Below, in pieces: positions 38,835 to 50,193 of a stretch of DNA of 64,000 bases (within the stretch, counting starts at the first letter, position 1; each line of letters begins with the position of its first letter). The stretch is from assembly GCA_963575745.1 (NCBI GenBank), contig CAUYUJ010000001.1:1426001-1490000 (forward strand), in the 5' to 3' direction. This DNA comes from Prorocentrum cordatum (lineage: Eukaryota). The translations under genes were made by a program, and so were the position numbers. The notes beneath the pieces were generated by a model, which made no database searches, was not told the origin of the DNA, and was given only the letters and a program-made list of their open reading frames with translations.

Positions 38835-41800
38835 TGGAAGGACGAGTCCTACAAGAAATGGGACAAGAAGGACTCTTGAACGAGGTATGCGAAGTCGTAG
38901 CGACCCGCGGTGATGACGTGCCTGGGCTGAGCGATCAGCGCTGGGGCACCCCGCGGGCCTGGCGAATCAATTGGAGTTCGTCTAGCAATCGATCCGTCGC
39001 CTGGGCAGCAGGAGTAGGCACTGTGCGGATGGCGAGAGCTGTCAAATTCTGTTGGGGTTGGCGCCCCTGGGCGCGGTGTGCTGACGGCTGGCACGCGGGG
39101 TGAAGTTGCTCCGGTGCCCGCCGCGGGGGGGAGTCGTTATTTTCGTTCCCTCCGCCAGGCCTTTACCATCCGCCCGCCGTTGCGGGTTCTTGGCGCAAGA
39201 ACTCAGTGACAGCGCGCATCTTGCGCGTTGCATCTGGAATAGGGGGCGACGCGCGCGCGCCGCCTTGTCGTCTCCCAGCGTTGAGGATCACATCGTCCCA
39301 AAAACCTCCATGAAGGGGTTTATTCTGGGACACACGCATATAGATCACCACCGCGGGCTGGTTTTCTGTCGTGGGGGTTGATCGGATTATTGTTTCGGCG
39401 GTGGGCTGCAGGGTGCGTCGAATCTCGCGGTACTGACATGTCGCGTGTGCACCGTCATTTGGGCACGCGGCTGCATGCTCAAAAAACAACACGCTCACGT
39501 GGTGTATATTTCGGAGTGGTGTATCAGATGACCAGGGGGTCCACCGTTTTTATACACCACCACCGTGCTGCCATAGGGTGTTTGGGAGCAATTGTTCGCG
39601 ACTGAATGCGGCCGCCATCTGCGCGCATGACCACGTGGCAAGTACTTGCGATTGGCGGGGGCAGGCAGGGGCACTCCTGTCAGGGCGGACGCGCGCAGGA
39701 TTGTTTATTTCTCATGGCCGCCTGGTGGTAGTGTATATACCGCTCCCCCCCCCCGCATTCACTGAGCTAGGATAAGAGGATGGAAAGTCGATTCGTGTGT
39801 CAGGTCATATCGGTCATCTGGCAAAAGACACTGCGCCTCGCGCTGGCCCTCTGGTCCACGACGCAGCGCGCCCAGGATGCGAGGTATACCCTCATCCATT
39901 GCTGGCTCACGTGTTGGTCCGTGTGTGGGACATGGGCCTGTATGTCCCTCAGAGCCTTTGAGATGGGTTGTCGAACGTCGTTTTTTTTTTGGGGGGGGGA
40001 GCAATTTCTTTGCGCGGGCTCTGCGTCGCTGAGATATGTGCCAGTTACAAGGGCTGTGGTTGGGTGTCCAGGAATCTGCAGGATCCCTCTGTGCCGCGAA
40101 CCATCATGGCATACATTATCAGCGTTGCGCCGCCTAACGCGTGCGCGTTTCTCTGGAAGTGGTGGCGGGTCGACATGCGTTTCAGCATCTTGGCATAAGG
40201 GGAAAACGATTTCAAACTAGCGACATCCTCGGAGTATAACTAAACATTGAAGCAACAGAAGCCAGGCGAACCTTACACGCTAGGCCATGGGTCTGGAAGT
40301 GTGGCAGATGCGCCGAACTCATCTTTACAAGCGCTGGAGGGACTCGTTTCTCCCGTTTTCCTTTTGCTGTCCCTAGTTATACAAAGTTTGTTTACAACGG
40401 CGCCCCAGAAAGTGGTTCTCAGTCAGTCAGGCAGCATTGAGATGTCTAAAACGTACCGACAACGCGGCGACAACGGACATACAAAGGGCAGGTGGGCCTC
40501 GGGCCGATCCCGGACCCAAAATCAGAACAAACATTCAGATGCCCCCCAAAAAACGCCGCCCCCCCCCGCGAGGAAGGGCAGACGCATTTTGTGCACTCGA
40601 AGAAGGCCGTGGAGGACTTCCAGGGAGGGCGAGGTCTTGCGACGGACAGCAGACGTGAAGGAGCAAGGAAGCGGAGGAGGAGGAGGATGAGGAAGAGGAG
40701 GGAGAGGAGGAAGGGGAGGGAAAGGTGTGGGAGTGGGAGGAGGAGTACCTGTGACGCGTTCGAGAAAGGACCTCGCCCTCGGCGCATCTCGCGTTCTCGG
40801 CGGAAACTGGCGTCAGGCCGGCGGGCGCCAGCGGATGTGAAGCGGTGGCGGGCTTGCGGGCGGACGCCAGCGGCAGTTCGGTTGAAGGTGGCGAAAGTAT
40901 CAGAAAGACGTCAACATCCTTGGATTCAGGGTTTTTGCAGTCGGCCACACGGAGAGAAGGGGTTAGAGGATGAAGGAAGGGTGTGGGCTGGTGTTCCGCA
41001 GCCGGTCCACGGCGAGAGGCACGACGAGGCGTCAGCAGTGGTACCCAGTTGCGCTGTCTCACGTGCCCTGCGCCGCCGCGCTGTGGGGGAGCGAAAGCGC
41101 ACATCCACCCCCACCTGGCCCCCCTCCCTTCTCTGGGGCTGGGCAAGAGAGCTTCGGCTCCTGATCGTTTGGATGTCTTGCAACAAAGGGATGCAAGTAT
41201 ACCCGACCCTCGCCTGTTCAGTCTTATAGCCCTCTTCGGCCCTCTGGACCCCCCCCTCAGCCTTATTGGAGACATCTGGGGCCAGAAAATGCGGGGGAGT
41301 GATCCCCGTTGAAACATGACCGCCGTTTCCTACGTCTTGTGAATTGCTTGGGGCCCCGGGGCCCGGGGGACGTTCAGTCTCTTGTGGCCCCTTGGCAGCT
41401 GTTGTGCAGAGCTTGGCGCCTCTTGGATCGTTGGATCGTCTTGGCGGCCTCTTGAGCCCAGCTAGATTCCTTTTAGAGGTTACGTGGGCGGATTTTGGAT
41501 GCTCTCGCTGGTCGTTTGGTGACTTCGTCATTATTGGCGGCCTCTTATGACCGACCTGGGCCCTCGTGCATGTCTCCTTGTGCGGCCAATCGGAAGTTTA
41601 AAATGAGGTCTGACTAGATAGCTTCGAGGAAGTCTGTGACTGAACGTGTTTGGTATTTTTCGGCGTTGTGGGCTGACATTGCGCCATGGTGGCAAAGGCT
41701 GAAGAGGGCTTGTGAAGAGAGCAGTTGCGAGCAACGCCAACGCTTGAGCAAGTAAAACGAGCGGATATATGTTCTGCACCATCCAACGCGCCAGGCCACC

Positions 41801-43153
41801 CTAGGTCAAAGACGTGTCCGGTCACGTTTGGCTCACTCTCCGCCTCTTTCTTCTCTCCCGTCACTCGTTGGGCCGGGCACAAGAGAGCAGAGCTGCGCAG
41901 CCGCACGTCCCTTGTGCCTCCAAAGCTCAGGAGCACAGCGAGGCTCGGAGCGACCTCCTCCCTGCCAGTTGCTGCCCTGGTTCCCAGTCCAGGCCCCCGT
42001 GTGTCATCCTTTGGCCCCCTCTCCGAGGCATCTTCTCTTGGCGACCCCGAGCACCAGAGTCTTTCTGCTCAGCCATTCTTCCCTCCCCCTCCTTCCCCCT
42101 CCCCCTCCCTCCCCCCTCCCTCCCCCCTACCTCCCTCCTCCCCAACGCCTTCCCGCCGCCTTTATGAGCCCTCCTCCTCTCCAGGCCCTGGGGCACATTG
42201 GACAATTCCAGTTCCAGGGGGTCCGTTACAAGGCCGATGTGCCAGGTCCTACGTCTGCGAGGGTCTCAGTCCGCTTGTGCGTCGTTTTAGCCAGAGCCTC
42301 CTCCCTCTCTAACTCCCTACCCAATCCCCCCGCCCCCATCCCTGCCCTTCCCTTTCTGCTGGGATGCCTTGCTTCAGTCTCCCTTCTTGTTTGAAGCCCC
42401 TGCGACCTTGAAATTATGGTGTTCTTATCACTCCCATGAAAGCCCCTACGTCGTCTCTGAAACCATCCCGAGCTCCCTGGAACGATACCAGTTTTCCTCG
42501 ATTTCCCGGCTCCTCCCCGGCTCTTCGAACGCGCTTCTTCGGAGGAAGGCAAATCTGCCTTTCCTCTCTCTCTTATCCCTCCCGGTTCAGCTGCGTGCAC
42601 CCCTAACGCCTCCTCCCTCCTCGTTCCTGATCCCCTTCCCCCCCCTTCCTCCTCCCTCCTACTGTAAACCCAGCTGTGTGAAACGTTTTTCTTGCGAACC
42701 GTTCTCCGTCTCAATTGCTCCTGTCCGTAACCATTGTGGCTTCAGGGGTCCCTTGAGCCGCCTCTTGGGCGGTACCCTAACCATGCAAGCTCCAGAGAGC
42801 TCGCTACTGAACCAGATACACACAATTATGCCAAGGAGAGAAAAAAAACACAATTTCTTGCGAGGCTCTCTGGAGACGTGCTGTGCGCGCTGGCCCGTGG
42901 CGAGGAGAGGCTAATTCAGCCTCGCACTCGTGCAGGAAAAGCAGGACAATCGTTCCACGGACCCCCGTTTCCAGACGTTGTCGCGTCGAGACCGGTTTCG
43001 GCACGCCTGTCGGCGAACCCGCACCTGCCCCTTCCTCTCCTGCCCCTTCCCCCTCCTGGCCCTCCCTCCTCGCTCCTCCGTCGCTCCTCCCTCCTCGCTC
43101 TCCTCATCTCCTGCACCCCCCTCCCTTCCCGGTGCCTTCCCGCCACATGGCAG

Positions 43154-43226
43154 GACGCCCTGCCGGGCGTGCGCAAGCTGCTCAACGGCACCGGCCTGGG
43201 TGTGGCCAGCGGCTGCGAGCTCTTCG
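43154..43226 (+). CDS. Candidate internal exon (DALPGVRKLLNGTGLGVASGCELF plus 1 nt)
   Basis: Pyrimidine-rich tract then GGCAG|G acceptor, G|GTAAC donor; 23 of 24 codons end in G/C. Confidence 0.65.
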
Positions 43227-45345
43227 GTAACGCCATACAGACGGCCCTAGGCGGGGCCCCCATCCATCCTCCTCCCTCTCCCCTGCCCCTCCCTCCTTCT
43301 CCCGTCCTCCTTCTCTTCCCTCTCGCCCCTCCCCCTCCTCCCTCCCTCTTCCCCTTCCTCTTCGTTATCTCTCTTGCTGTGTTCCCCCCCTCCTCCCTCT
43401 TCCTACTGTTCTCCCGTTCTCCTCATGCTTTTCCTTCTGCTTTTTCTCCCGCTCCTGCTCATCCTGCCCGTTCCTCCACTTCTTCACATGAACGCCCCTG
43501 AGGGGGCAGACACCGTCGCCCCACCATGTTTGGATCCTGGAGACTCTGTGGGAGCGGCGGCCGCTCCGCGCGCGCGCGCGCGAATAGGAGAGGTTCTGGT
43601 GCTGGTGCTGGTGCTTCCGCTTGGACGCCTTGTGGGGCTCTATGGAGAGGGCATTGGGCTCCTCAGCGAGTTCTCTGTCGTATGAGCCTGAGCCCAGGAC
43701 GGCCGCAGAGAGGCTGGAGGAACTGAAAAAACCGTCGGGCTCGTCCGAGAAAGCGCGCCAAGGAATGTCTTTCACATGGCCCTGAGGCTAGGACGGCTGC
43801 AGAGAGGCTGGAGAAGCTCAACAAAAACCGTGGGGTTCGTCCCAGGGGGACCTCTGGAGGGGCCCCCAAAAGAGCTGGAATGGGTCAAGTGCGGCGACTG
43901 GGGTGAACGATGAAAACAGGAAGGGGAAAAAGGCAGTCCCGGTTTGTTTGCGGTTCCTGGGAGAGCCCCTGGAGACTCTAGGGGCGCCCCAGATGGGCGA
44001 AATACGGTGCCAAGAAGGCGGCCAGACGGCTCAAGTTGGGTCCGAGAGGCTGTCAGGACGGTCGTAGAGAGCATGCCCTGGTTCTAAGATGGCCGCAAGA
44101 CCCAGCGGAGATGCACGGGAGCTCCGAGAGAGGCGCAAGGAGAAGTGCGAGATGGCCGGAATCATCAAAACCCTATGTGTGTTTACGATGTTTTTTGCTT
44201 GTTGGGGTGTTCTGGTGTATGTGGCTCGAAAAGGGCTGGAAAGGCATCTGAAACGGCTCAAAGTGGCCTGAAGGAGGGTGAACATGAGCCCAGGAGAGCG
44301 CGCTAAAAGCCGGCCCAGTGGGCTCTGGTCTCTGAGAACGCCTGGCGGCGCCTGGAAGGCAAGCATGTGAAAGGAGGGTCGTCTTGGGACGGAAATGGCG
44401 GCCAGAAGGCGCCCCGGCTGCAGCCGGGGCCCCCGGGCCGGCGGAATGAGCGAGGCGCGGGGAGGACCCTGGGAGGGGTTGCGAGGGCTCAGAGGCAGGG
44501 GTAGGTATGAAAAGCGTGCTGGAGAGAAGACTTACACACAGCACTATTGAAGACCATGCTGCGGATCTCACACGCCGTACCCCTTCCTCCACTTGTTAAT
44601 CGCTTCGCTCATTCCACCAGCCCGTATTGTACCATCGCGGGCGTTTGCCTGCGCGTTCGTGACCTTTCCGGGCCGTTTGGGGGCCTCTTGGAGCATCTTT
44701 TTGGGCCTCTTGGGGGCCTCGTGAGGCCTTCAGAGGCCTCCTGGGCTCTCTTGGGGGCCTCTTGGGGCTTCTTGGGGCTCTTGGTGCGGAAGGCTCGAAT
44801 TGGTGGTTCGTGTTTCCCCTCTTGGGGCCGTCTTGGCGGTTTCTTGGGTGATCTTGGGCGCATCTGGGGCCGTTGGGGCCCTCTTGGGGGCCTCTGGGGC
44901 TGTCTTGGGGCGGTCTTGGGGGTCTCTTGGGCTGTCTTGGAGCGTCGGGAAGCTGAGAAGGCGAGAACGCCAATATTCATCAAACACCAATGGACAATCA
45001 ATGATTTGTGCCTCTTGGGGCTCTTGTGGGAGGCATCTTGGAGGCCTCTTGGGGCGTCTTGGAGGCCTCGTGGGCCGTCTGGAAGCCATCTTGAGTGTCT
45101 CGGACGGATCGTTCGACGATTCGGAACCCTCTTGGACCGTCTTGGGGGCGTCTCTTGGGGTCCACTTGGAGCGCTCTGGGGCGCCTGAAAACCTCGCCCA
45201 GGATGAAAACCATGTCTGATCCGCACCGCCTGGGGACCGCCCGGGGGCCTGCCGGGGTGCTTTTCGTCCGGGGATCCCAAGGGGCGGCCGCGCGCGCGCG
45301 AACTAGAAGTATTGTTAATCTGTTACCTGAGATTTTAGCACGCCT

Positions 45346-45847
45346 ATGGTGGACTGACATTAGGTGAAAGGGGTTCTGCGCCTGTCAGTATGATCTTCGC
45401 GGGGCGGGGGATATCGCAGGGATGCGGGAATCTCATCGGTCAGGGGGCGAAGCTTTGTGCCACGATAGTTTGCCTCATCAGAGCACCTTCGGTGATCATC
45501 TGTTATTTTCACCTGGCCTCAACAACTTCAGCTGACCATCGCCATCACACCATCATAGCAGCGAATTTCGTGACATTTTCGTTGCGTCTTTCATTGCGGT
45601 GCGATTAACATTCTCCGGCTGGCGTCGAGGAATTCCGTGGCAGCCAGAAGATAACGGATGGGCCAGCACGACGATTTCCGCCAGTGCTTAGGAGAACAAC
45701 CAGTCCCATCACGTAGCTACTCCTGGCGACCGTTTAGATTGCCACGGCTTGTGACGAGCGATCGTCGTCGATGCTATCGCCATCATCGCCGTCGTCACCA
45801 TCGCCGTCGCTACCCATAGCCGTGGGTTCGAGCCTTGGCGAAACTTT
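45346..45847 (+). repeat. Split direct repeat A1
   Basis: Colinear with 49114-49615; about 13 substitutions by manual count, no indels seen. Confidence 0.95.
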
Positions 45848-48843
45848 TTCTCTTGCTTTCGCTGTTGTTGTATCCTGCTGGAGGGAGTGGCATTTTGCCC
45901 CCGGCGCCGGCCTTGACAGGACCAGCGAAAGTTTGGCAGGAGGCGCACGTCCCAAACACAGTTTGGTGCTCGGATTGGCGTCCCCCTCCAGGCATGGTTC
46001 GGTCCGGGGCTGCTTTGTTCGAAGAGGCTCTCAGCTACTTTCCGGCACGATTTTTCAGTGATTGGACCGATGCTGTTGCCGACGCGCTGCGCGCACTGCA
46101 GCAGCTGGACTTCGCGCGATTTTGCGATTTTCCTGCCTACGCTTTGCAGTCTGGAGCGCCGGAGGGCGCTCTTGGGCCAGACGTGCAGGCGTTGTGGATG
46201 AAGTCGCCGATGCACGCTTCCGTGGCACATCAGCACAAGCCGTCCACCTCGGAGCTGGCGGCCCCAAATCTCGTCGATTGGGGAGTCGGGCGGCAGCGGC
46301 ACGAGGAGCTTTCGGCCCTGGTCCAGCACCCTTTTGCGCGCGACCCGCTGGTGGAGTCGGACCTCCAGTTTGTTGTCGACGCGTATGTCGCGAATGGGCC
46401 GCGTATCGAATCCCTGCGCCGTGCCCAATTGCGGCTTGTGCTGCGTGTCGCTCGGATTTTGTCGCCCCTCGACGAGCGCGTTTTGGCCCAGAGGCACGTG
46501 CGTTTGCAGGGTGCGCCTGGCGTCCGACCCGTGCACATAGCTTTTATGGTCGCTCTGATGGGTTGGCCCGACAAAGGCCTGCCGTCGCGCCTGGCACTCG
46601 GCTTCGAGCTCGCAGGCGCTATCCCCCCGTCTGGTATCTTGCGCCCTATTGCCACGAAACACATTGGCAAGGGCCCCGAACCAGAAGCTGGGGAAGAGGT
46701 TTTTGGGGGCGATGCTTGTCGGTGCGTTGCGGCAGTTGAGTCCACGCGCCATCCGTCCAAAAACGTTGGTGCCATCTGGGATCTTACGCTTGCCGAGATC
46801 TCCGAAGGCATAGCGGACCCGATGCGCACCAAGGACGAGATGGACAGCCTGCACGGGGCAGGCAGATGGCGCCCGCTGGTCCGCCATGTCATCTGGCAGG
46901 CAGACAAATGGCGGCCCATCGATGACGGAAAACGCTCCCGCACGAACGCGCTGCCCTCGACTCACGAGACGGTGGTGTGCATCCCGCCGGAGTTCGTCAT
47001 CATACTCTTGAAATGCATGGCCCTGTCTTTCATCAAGGCGTCCGGTGGCATTCCGCCCTGGTTCAAGCCTATGGTGTCGCTCGAAGATTGGTGGAAAGGC
47101 TACCGACAGCCCTTCCCGACGAGCGAACGCATGGGGTTGGCAGTAGTCGCTGTCATGTGCCCCGAGACGCGGTCGTGGCTGTACGCGCAGCTTCGCGGGC
47201 TCCCCTTCGGCTTGGGCTCCGCCGTCAATCAATTCACTCGCGCGGCCGGGTTTGTGACGGCGCTCAATCGCCGGATCTTGCTAACGCTCACAGGCCACTA
47301 CGCCGACGACAGCCCCGCCGTAGAACTCAGCTGCTTGGCGGGCCTGCGCTGGTCAGCGTCCAACATCGTGCAGGAGTCTGCAGTGTGCAGCGGAGTTAAA
47401 TATTCCGCTAGCAAGCACCGGCCGCCGTCTTTCATGTTCAATTCTTTGGGCCACCTCCATGATCTCGTGCGCACGTGTTATGCGCTGGGTGCCACGTGGG
47501 GCCCGAAATTGCACGCCCGCGAGCGCCTGGTCGAGATCAGCATGGCCGCGGTCCAGTCGGGGCGCCTCTCCTCTGGGACTGCGGCAAAAATGCGCGGCTT
47601 GGCAACGTGGATGGACGCGGCTCTCGCGGGCCGATGCCTTCGGGCGGCTGGGCATGCTCTTACTGCTCGACAGTACTGGGGCTGGAGCGAAGAGGTCACT
47701 GTTGGGTCCAATTTATGGGAATCGCTGCACTATATCGCGGCAGCGGCGCGGTGCATGCCTGATAGGTGCGTTTCCCTTATCCGCCCTACCGCCCCGCCAG
47801 TGCGCGTCTACACCGACGCAGCTGCTGACGCAGACCGCGTTCGGCTGGGCGCCAAAGTGATTATCTCCGATGGCCGCGCGTTCGTGACTGTGTTGGATGC
47901 GGACCAGTGCCTTCGCGAGACCTGGGGCCCGCAAGACACAGTCATCAATCAGGCAGAGCTCCAATGTGGCGCCCTCGTGGCGGCCACTTTTGCCAAAGAG
48001 TTGCGCGGCCAAGATGTCATTTGGTGGGTGGGCAACACTTCTGCAGCTACGTCGCTGGTCAAAGCCGGCTCTCCGACAGCCACGATGCGCCGCTTGGCGC
48101 TGCAGGCGTCGGCACTGCTGGCGGCCTTGGGTTGCAGATGCTGGTTCGAACACGTCCCCAGCGCCGACAACCCCGCGGACGTATTGTCCCGGGACGCGTT
48201 GGACGACCCCACCGTGGCCTCGATGCTGGCAGGTGGTTTTTGGATTTTCCGCCAGCCAGCGCTTCCTGCCCCGTTCTCCCACCTGACGTACCAGCAGCCG
48301 CGGTGCTGGGCGGAAAACAGCGAGACTGCATGTCCTGAGAGTTTGCTCCCAGAGAAAACTCAAGCATCCTTTCCTTTCCTCCTCCGTAGCCTCCGTAGAC
48401 CCACTACCTCCCCCGCCCCCCCAATCTCGGAGCACCTCCAGGGGCTCCCAGCCGACGGGCGCGCAGCTCCGCCCAAAGCGCAGACCCGGGCCTTACCGCC
48501 GTTTCGGCGCCGCGAGGCCGGCACCCCATCGAGGAGGCCGAGGAGAGCAGGGGGGGGGGAAAGTGGCGGGGAGAGCGGCAAAGGACCACAGGAGAGAGGT
48601 GGAGGAAAATGCGGCAAGGGGGAGCAACAAAACGCCTTCCATAAACGTAAACCTGTGTCCTGCGGACGTGGCCGAAATTCGTCCCTGAAAGGACGCGCGG
48701 GCTACCAGTCGCGTGTGCGCGCGCGTGCGCCTTGGAAGTCTGCTGCAGACCCTCGCGCCGGTCACTCTATGCACCCGTGCGTCTCCGCTGCCTCTGCGGG
48801 CGGCGTTGGGCGTGGGTCAGAGCCATGCGAAGAGGAGGGGTGA
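45835..48843 (+). CDS. DIRS-type reverse transcriptase-RNase H polyprotein (true start uncertain; first ATG at 45994)
   Basis: 1002-codon uninterrupted frame with WRPIDDGKRS, EDWWKGYRQ, LPFGLGSAV, HYADD (47296-47310), then RNase H motifs VYTDA, INQAEL, WWVGNTSA and HVPSADNPADVLSR. The last ~180 codons look like read-through. Confidence 0.9.
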   Translation: MAKLFLLLSLLLYPAGGSGILPPAPALTGPAKVWQEAHVPNTVWCSDWRPPPGMVRSGAALFEEALSYFPARFFSDWTDAVADALRALQQLDFARFCDFPAYALQSGAPEGALGPDVQALWMKSPMHASVAHQHKPSTSELAAPNLVDWGVGRQRHEELSALVQHPFARDPLVESDLQFVVDAYVANGPRIESLRRAQLRLVLRVARILSPLDERVLAQRHVRLQGAPGVRPVHIAFMVALMGWPDKGLPSRLALGFELAGAIPPSGILRPIATKHIGKGPEPEAGEEVFGGDACRCVAAVESTRHPSKNVGAIWDLTLAEISEGIADPMRTKDEMDSLHGAGRWRPLVRHVIWQADKWRPIDDGKRSRTNALPSTHETVVCIPPEFVIILLKCMALSFIKASGGIPPWFKPMVSLEDWWKGYRQPFPTSERMGLAVVAVMCPETRSWLYAQLRGLPFGLGSAVNQFTRAAGFVTALNRRILLTLTGHYADDSPAVELSCLAGLRWSASNIVQESAVCSGVKYSASKHRPPSFMFNSLGHLHDLVRTCYALGATWGPKLHARERLVEISMAAVQSGRLSSGTAAKMRGLATWMDAALAGRCLRAAGHALTARQYWGWSEEVTVGSNLWESLHYIAAAARCMPDRCVSLIRPTAPPVRVYTDAAADADRVRLGAKVIISDGRAFVTVLDADQCLRETWGPQDTVINQAELQCGALVAATFAKELRGQDVIWWVGNTSAATSLVKAGSPTATMRRLALQASALLAALGCRCWFEHVPSADNPADVLSRDALDDPTVASMLAGGFWIFRQPALPAPFSHLTYQQPRCWAENSETACPESLLPEKTQASFPFLLRSLRRPTTSPAPPISEHLQGLPADGRAAPPKAQTRALPPFRRREAGTPSRRPRRAGGGESGGESGKGPQERGGGKCGKGEQQNAFHKRKPVSCGRGRNSSLKGRAGYQSRVRARAPWKSAADPRAGHSMHPCVSAASAGGVGRGSEPCEEEG

Positions 48844-48860
48844 GAGCGGCGTTGGGGGGG

Positions 48861-49116
48861 AGCGTCCCTGCCCAGGTCCCGCGCGAGGCCTGTGCTCATC
48901 GGGGCTTGCCCTCCTCCTCGCTGCCAAAGCCCCGCATGGGGCTGGCAGTGGGTTCCAATGGTCCACCCAATATCCACATACACACTTAGTGCTCACACTC
49001 CGTCCCCCTCCATTCCTTCGCCCCCCTGTCTCTGCATCCTTCCCTGGCCATCGCATCTCTCCGCCTTGCCTCCACGTTGGCCTCGTGCGCTATCCTATCT
49101 AGCCCCTGCGAAGATG
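48861..49116 (+). repeat. Split direct repeat B1
   Basis: Colinear with 49938-50193; about 6 substitutions by manual count. Confidence 0.95.
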
Positions 49117-49615
49117 GTGGACTGACATTAGGTGAAAGGGGGGCTGCGCCTGTCAGTATGATCTTCGCGGGGCGGGGGATCTCGCAGGGATGCGGGCATC
49201 TCATCGGTCAGGGGGCGAAGCTTTGTGCCACAATAGTTTGCCTCATCAGAGCACCTTCGGTGATCATATGATATTTTCACCTGGCCTCAACAACTTCAGC
49301 TGACCATCGCCATCACACCATCATAGCAGCGAATTTCGTGACATTTTCGTTGCGTCTTGCATTTTGGTGCGATTAACATTCTCCGGCTGGCGTCGAGGAA
49401 TTCCGTGGCAGCCAGAAGATAACGGATGGGCCAGCGCGACGATTTCCGCCAGTGCTTAGGAGAACAACCAGTCCCATCACGCAGATACTCCTGGCGACCG
49501 TTTAGATTGCCACGGCTTGTGACGAGCGATCGTCGTCGATGCTATCGCCATCATCGCCGTCGTCACCATCGCCGTCGCTACCCATAGCCGTGGGTTCGAG
49601 CCTTGGCGAAACTTT
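49114..49615 (+). repeat. Split direct repeat A2 (shares the ATG with B1)
   Basis: Junction reads ...CCCCTGCGAAG ATG GTGGACTGACATTAGG... Confidence 0.95.
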
Positions 49616-49937
49616 CCCTGGGCCCACCCGCCCAGTTTCGTCATGAGATTTGCTCGTGCCTCGTGTGGGGTAGCGTGACGCGCGGGCCGGTATCCCATGG
49701 CACGTTCCGGATACTTACGGTCCTGTGGCATGTTGCCCCGTGGCACCAGAAGCTGACCACGCCGTGGCGTGGTTTGGTGCCGTGTTGGTTGCCGGCGGGG
49801 GCATTGCAGTACGCAGTGTGGCGCATCGCGCTGCGGCATCCTGTGGAACGGCAGCCTGAAGGAGGCGTCCCGCATCATAGGTAAGGTGCGGGTGTTCCCC
49901 CATAAGCGCGCGCCTCCCCAGGTGCACGCGGGCAGGA

Positions 49938-50193
49938 AGCGTCCCTGCCCATGTCCCGCGCGAGGCCTGTGCTTATCGGGACTTGCCCTCCTCCTCGCTG
50001 CCAAAGCCCCGCATGGGGCTGGCAGTGGGTTCCAATGGTCCACCCAATATCCACATACACACTTAGTGCTCACACTCCGTCCCTCTCCATTCCTTCGCCC
50101 CCCTGTCTCTGCTTCCTTCCCTGGCCATCGCATCTCTCCGCCTTGTCTCCACGTTGGCCTCGTGCGCTATCCTATCTAGCCCCTGCGAAGATG
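49938..50193 (+). repeat. Split direct repeat B2 (element 3' end)
   Basis: Ends ...CCCCTGCGAAG ATG, followed by unrelated flank ACAAGTTC. Confidence 0.95.

Larger units (their letters stand above)
45346..50193 (+). mobile_element. DIRS-group (PAT/Ngaro-type) retroelement with split direct repeats A1-[RT-RH]-B1-A2-spacer-B2; gag and tyrosine recombinase not detected
   Basis: A1 45346-45847 matches A2 49114-49615 (502 bp). B1 48861-49116 matches B2 49938-50193 (256 bp). An RT-RNase H ORF lies between A1 and B1. Confidence 0.85.

Noticed and set aside
45835..45900. Signal-peptide-like start MAKLFLLLSLLL on the RT ORF
   Set aside because: It depends on a TTG start inside repeat A and a T-rich tract, which is unlikely as a eukaryotic initiation site.
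45709..47232. 507-aa minus-strand ORF
   Set aside because: Antisense shadow of the GC-rich RT ORF; no recombinase or other motif seen.
49114..49240. Possible hammerhead ribozyme at the B/A junction (CTGAC...GAAA)
   Set aside because: The core does not fit CUGANGA, and the bases involved are sequestered in the long stem; kept only as a hairpin finding.
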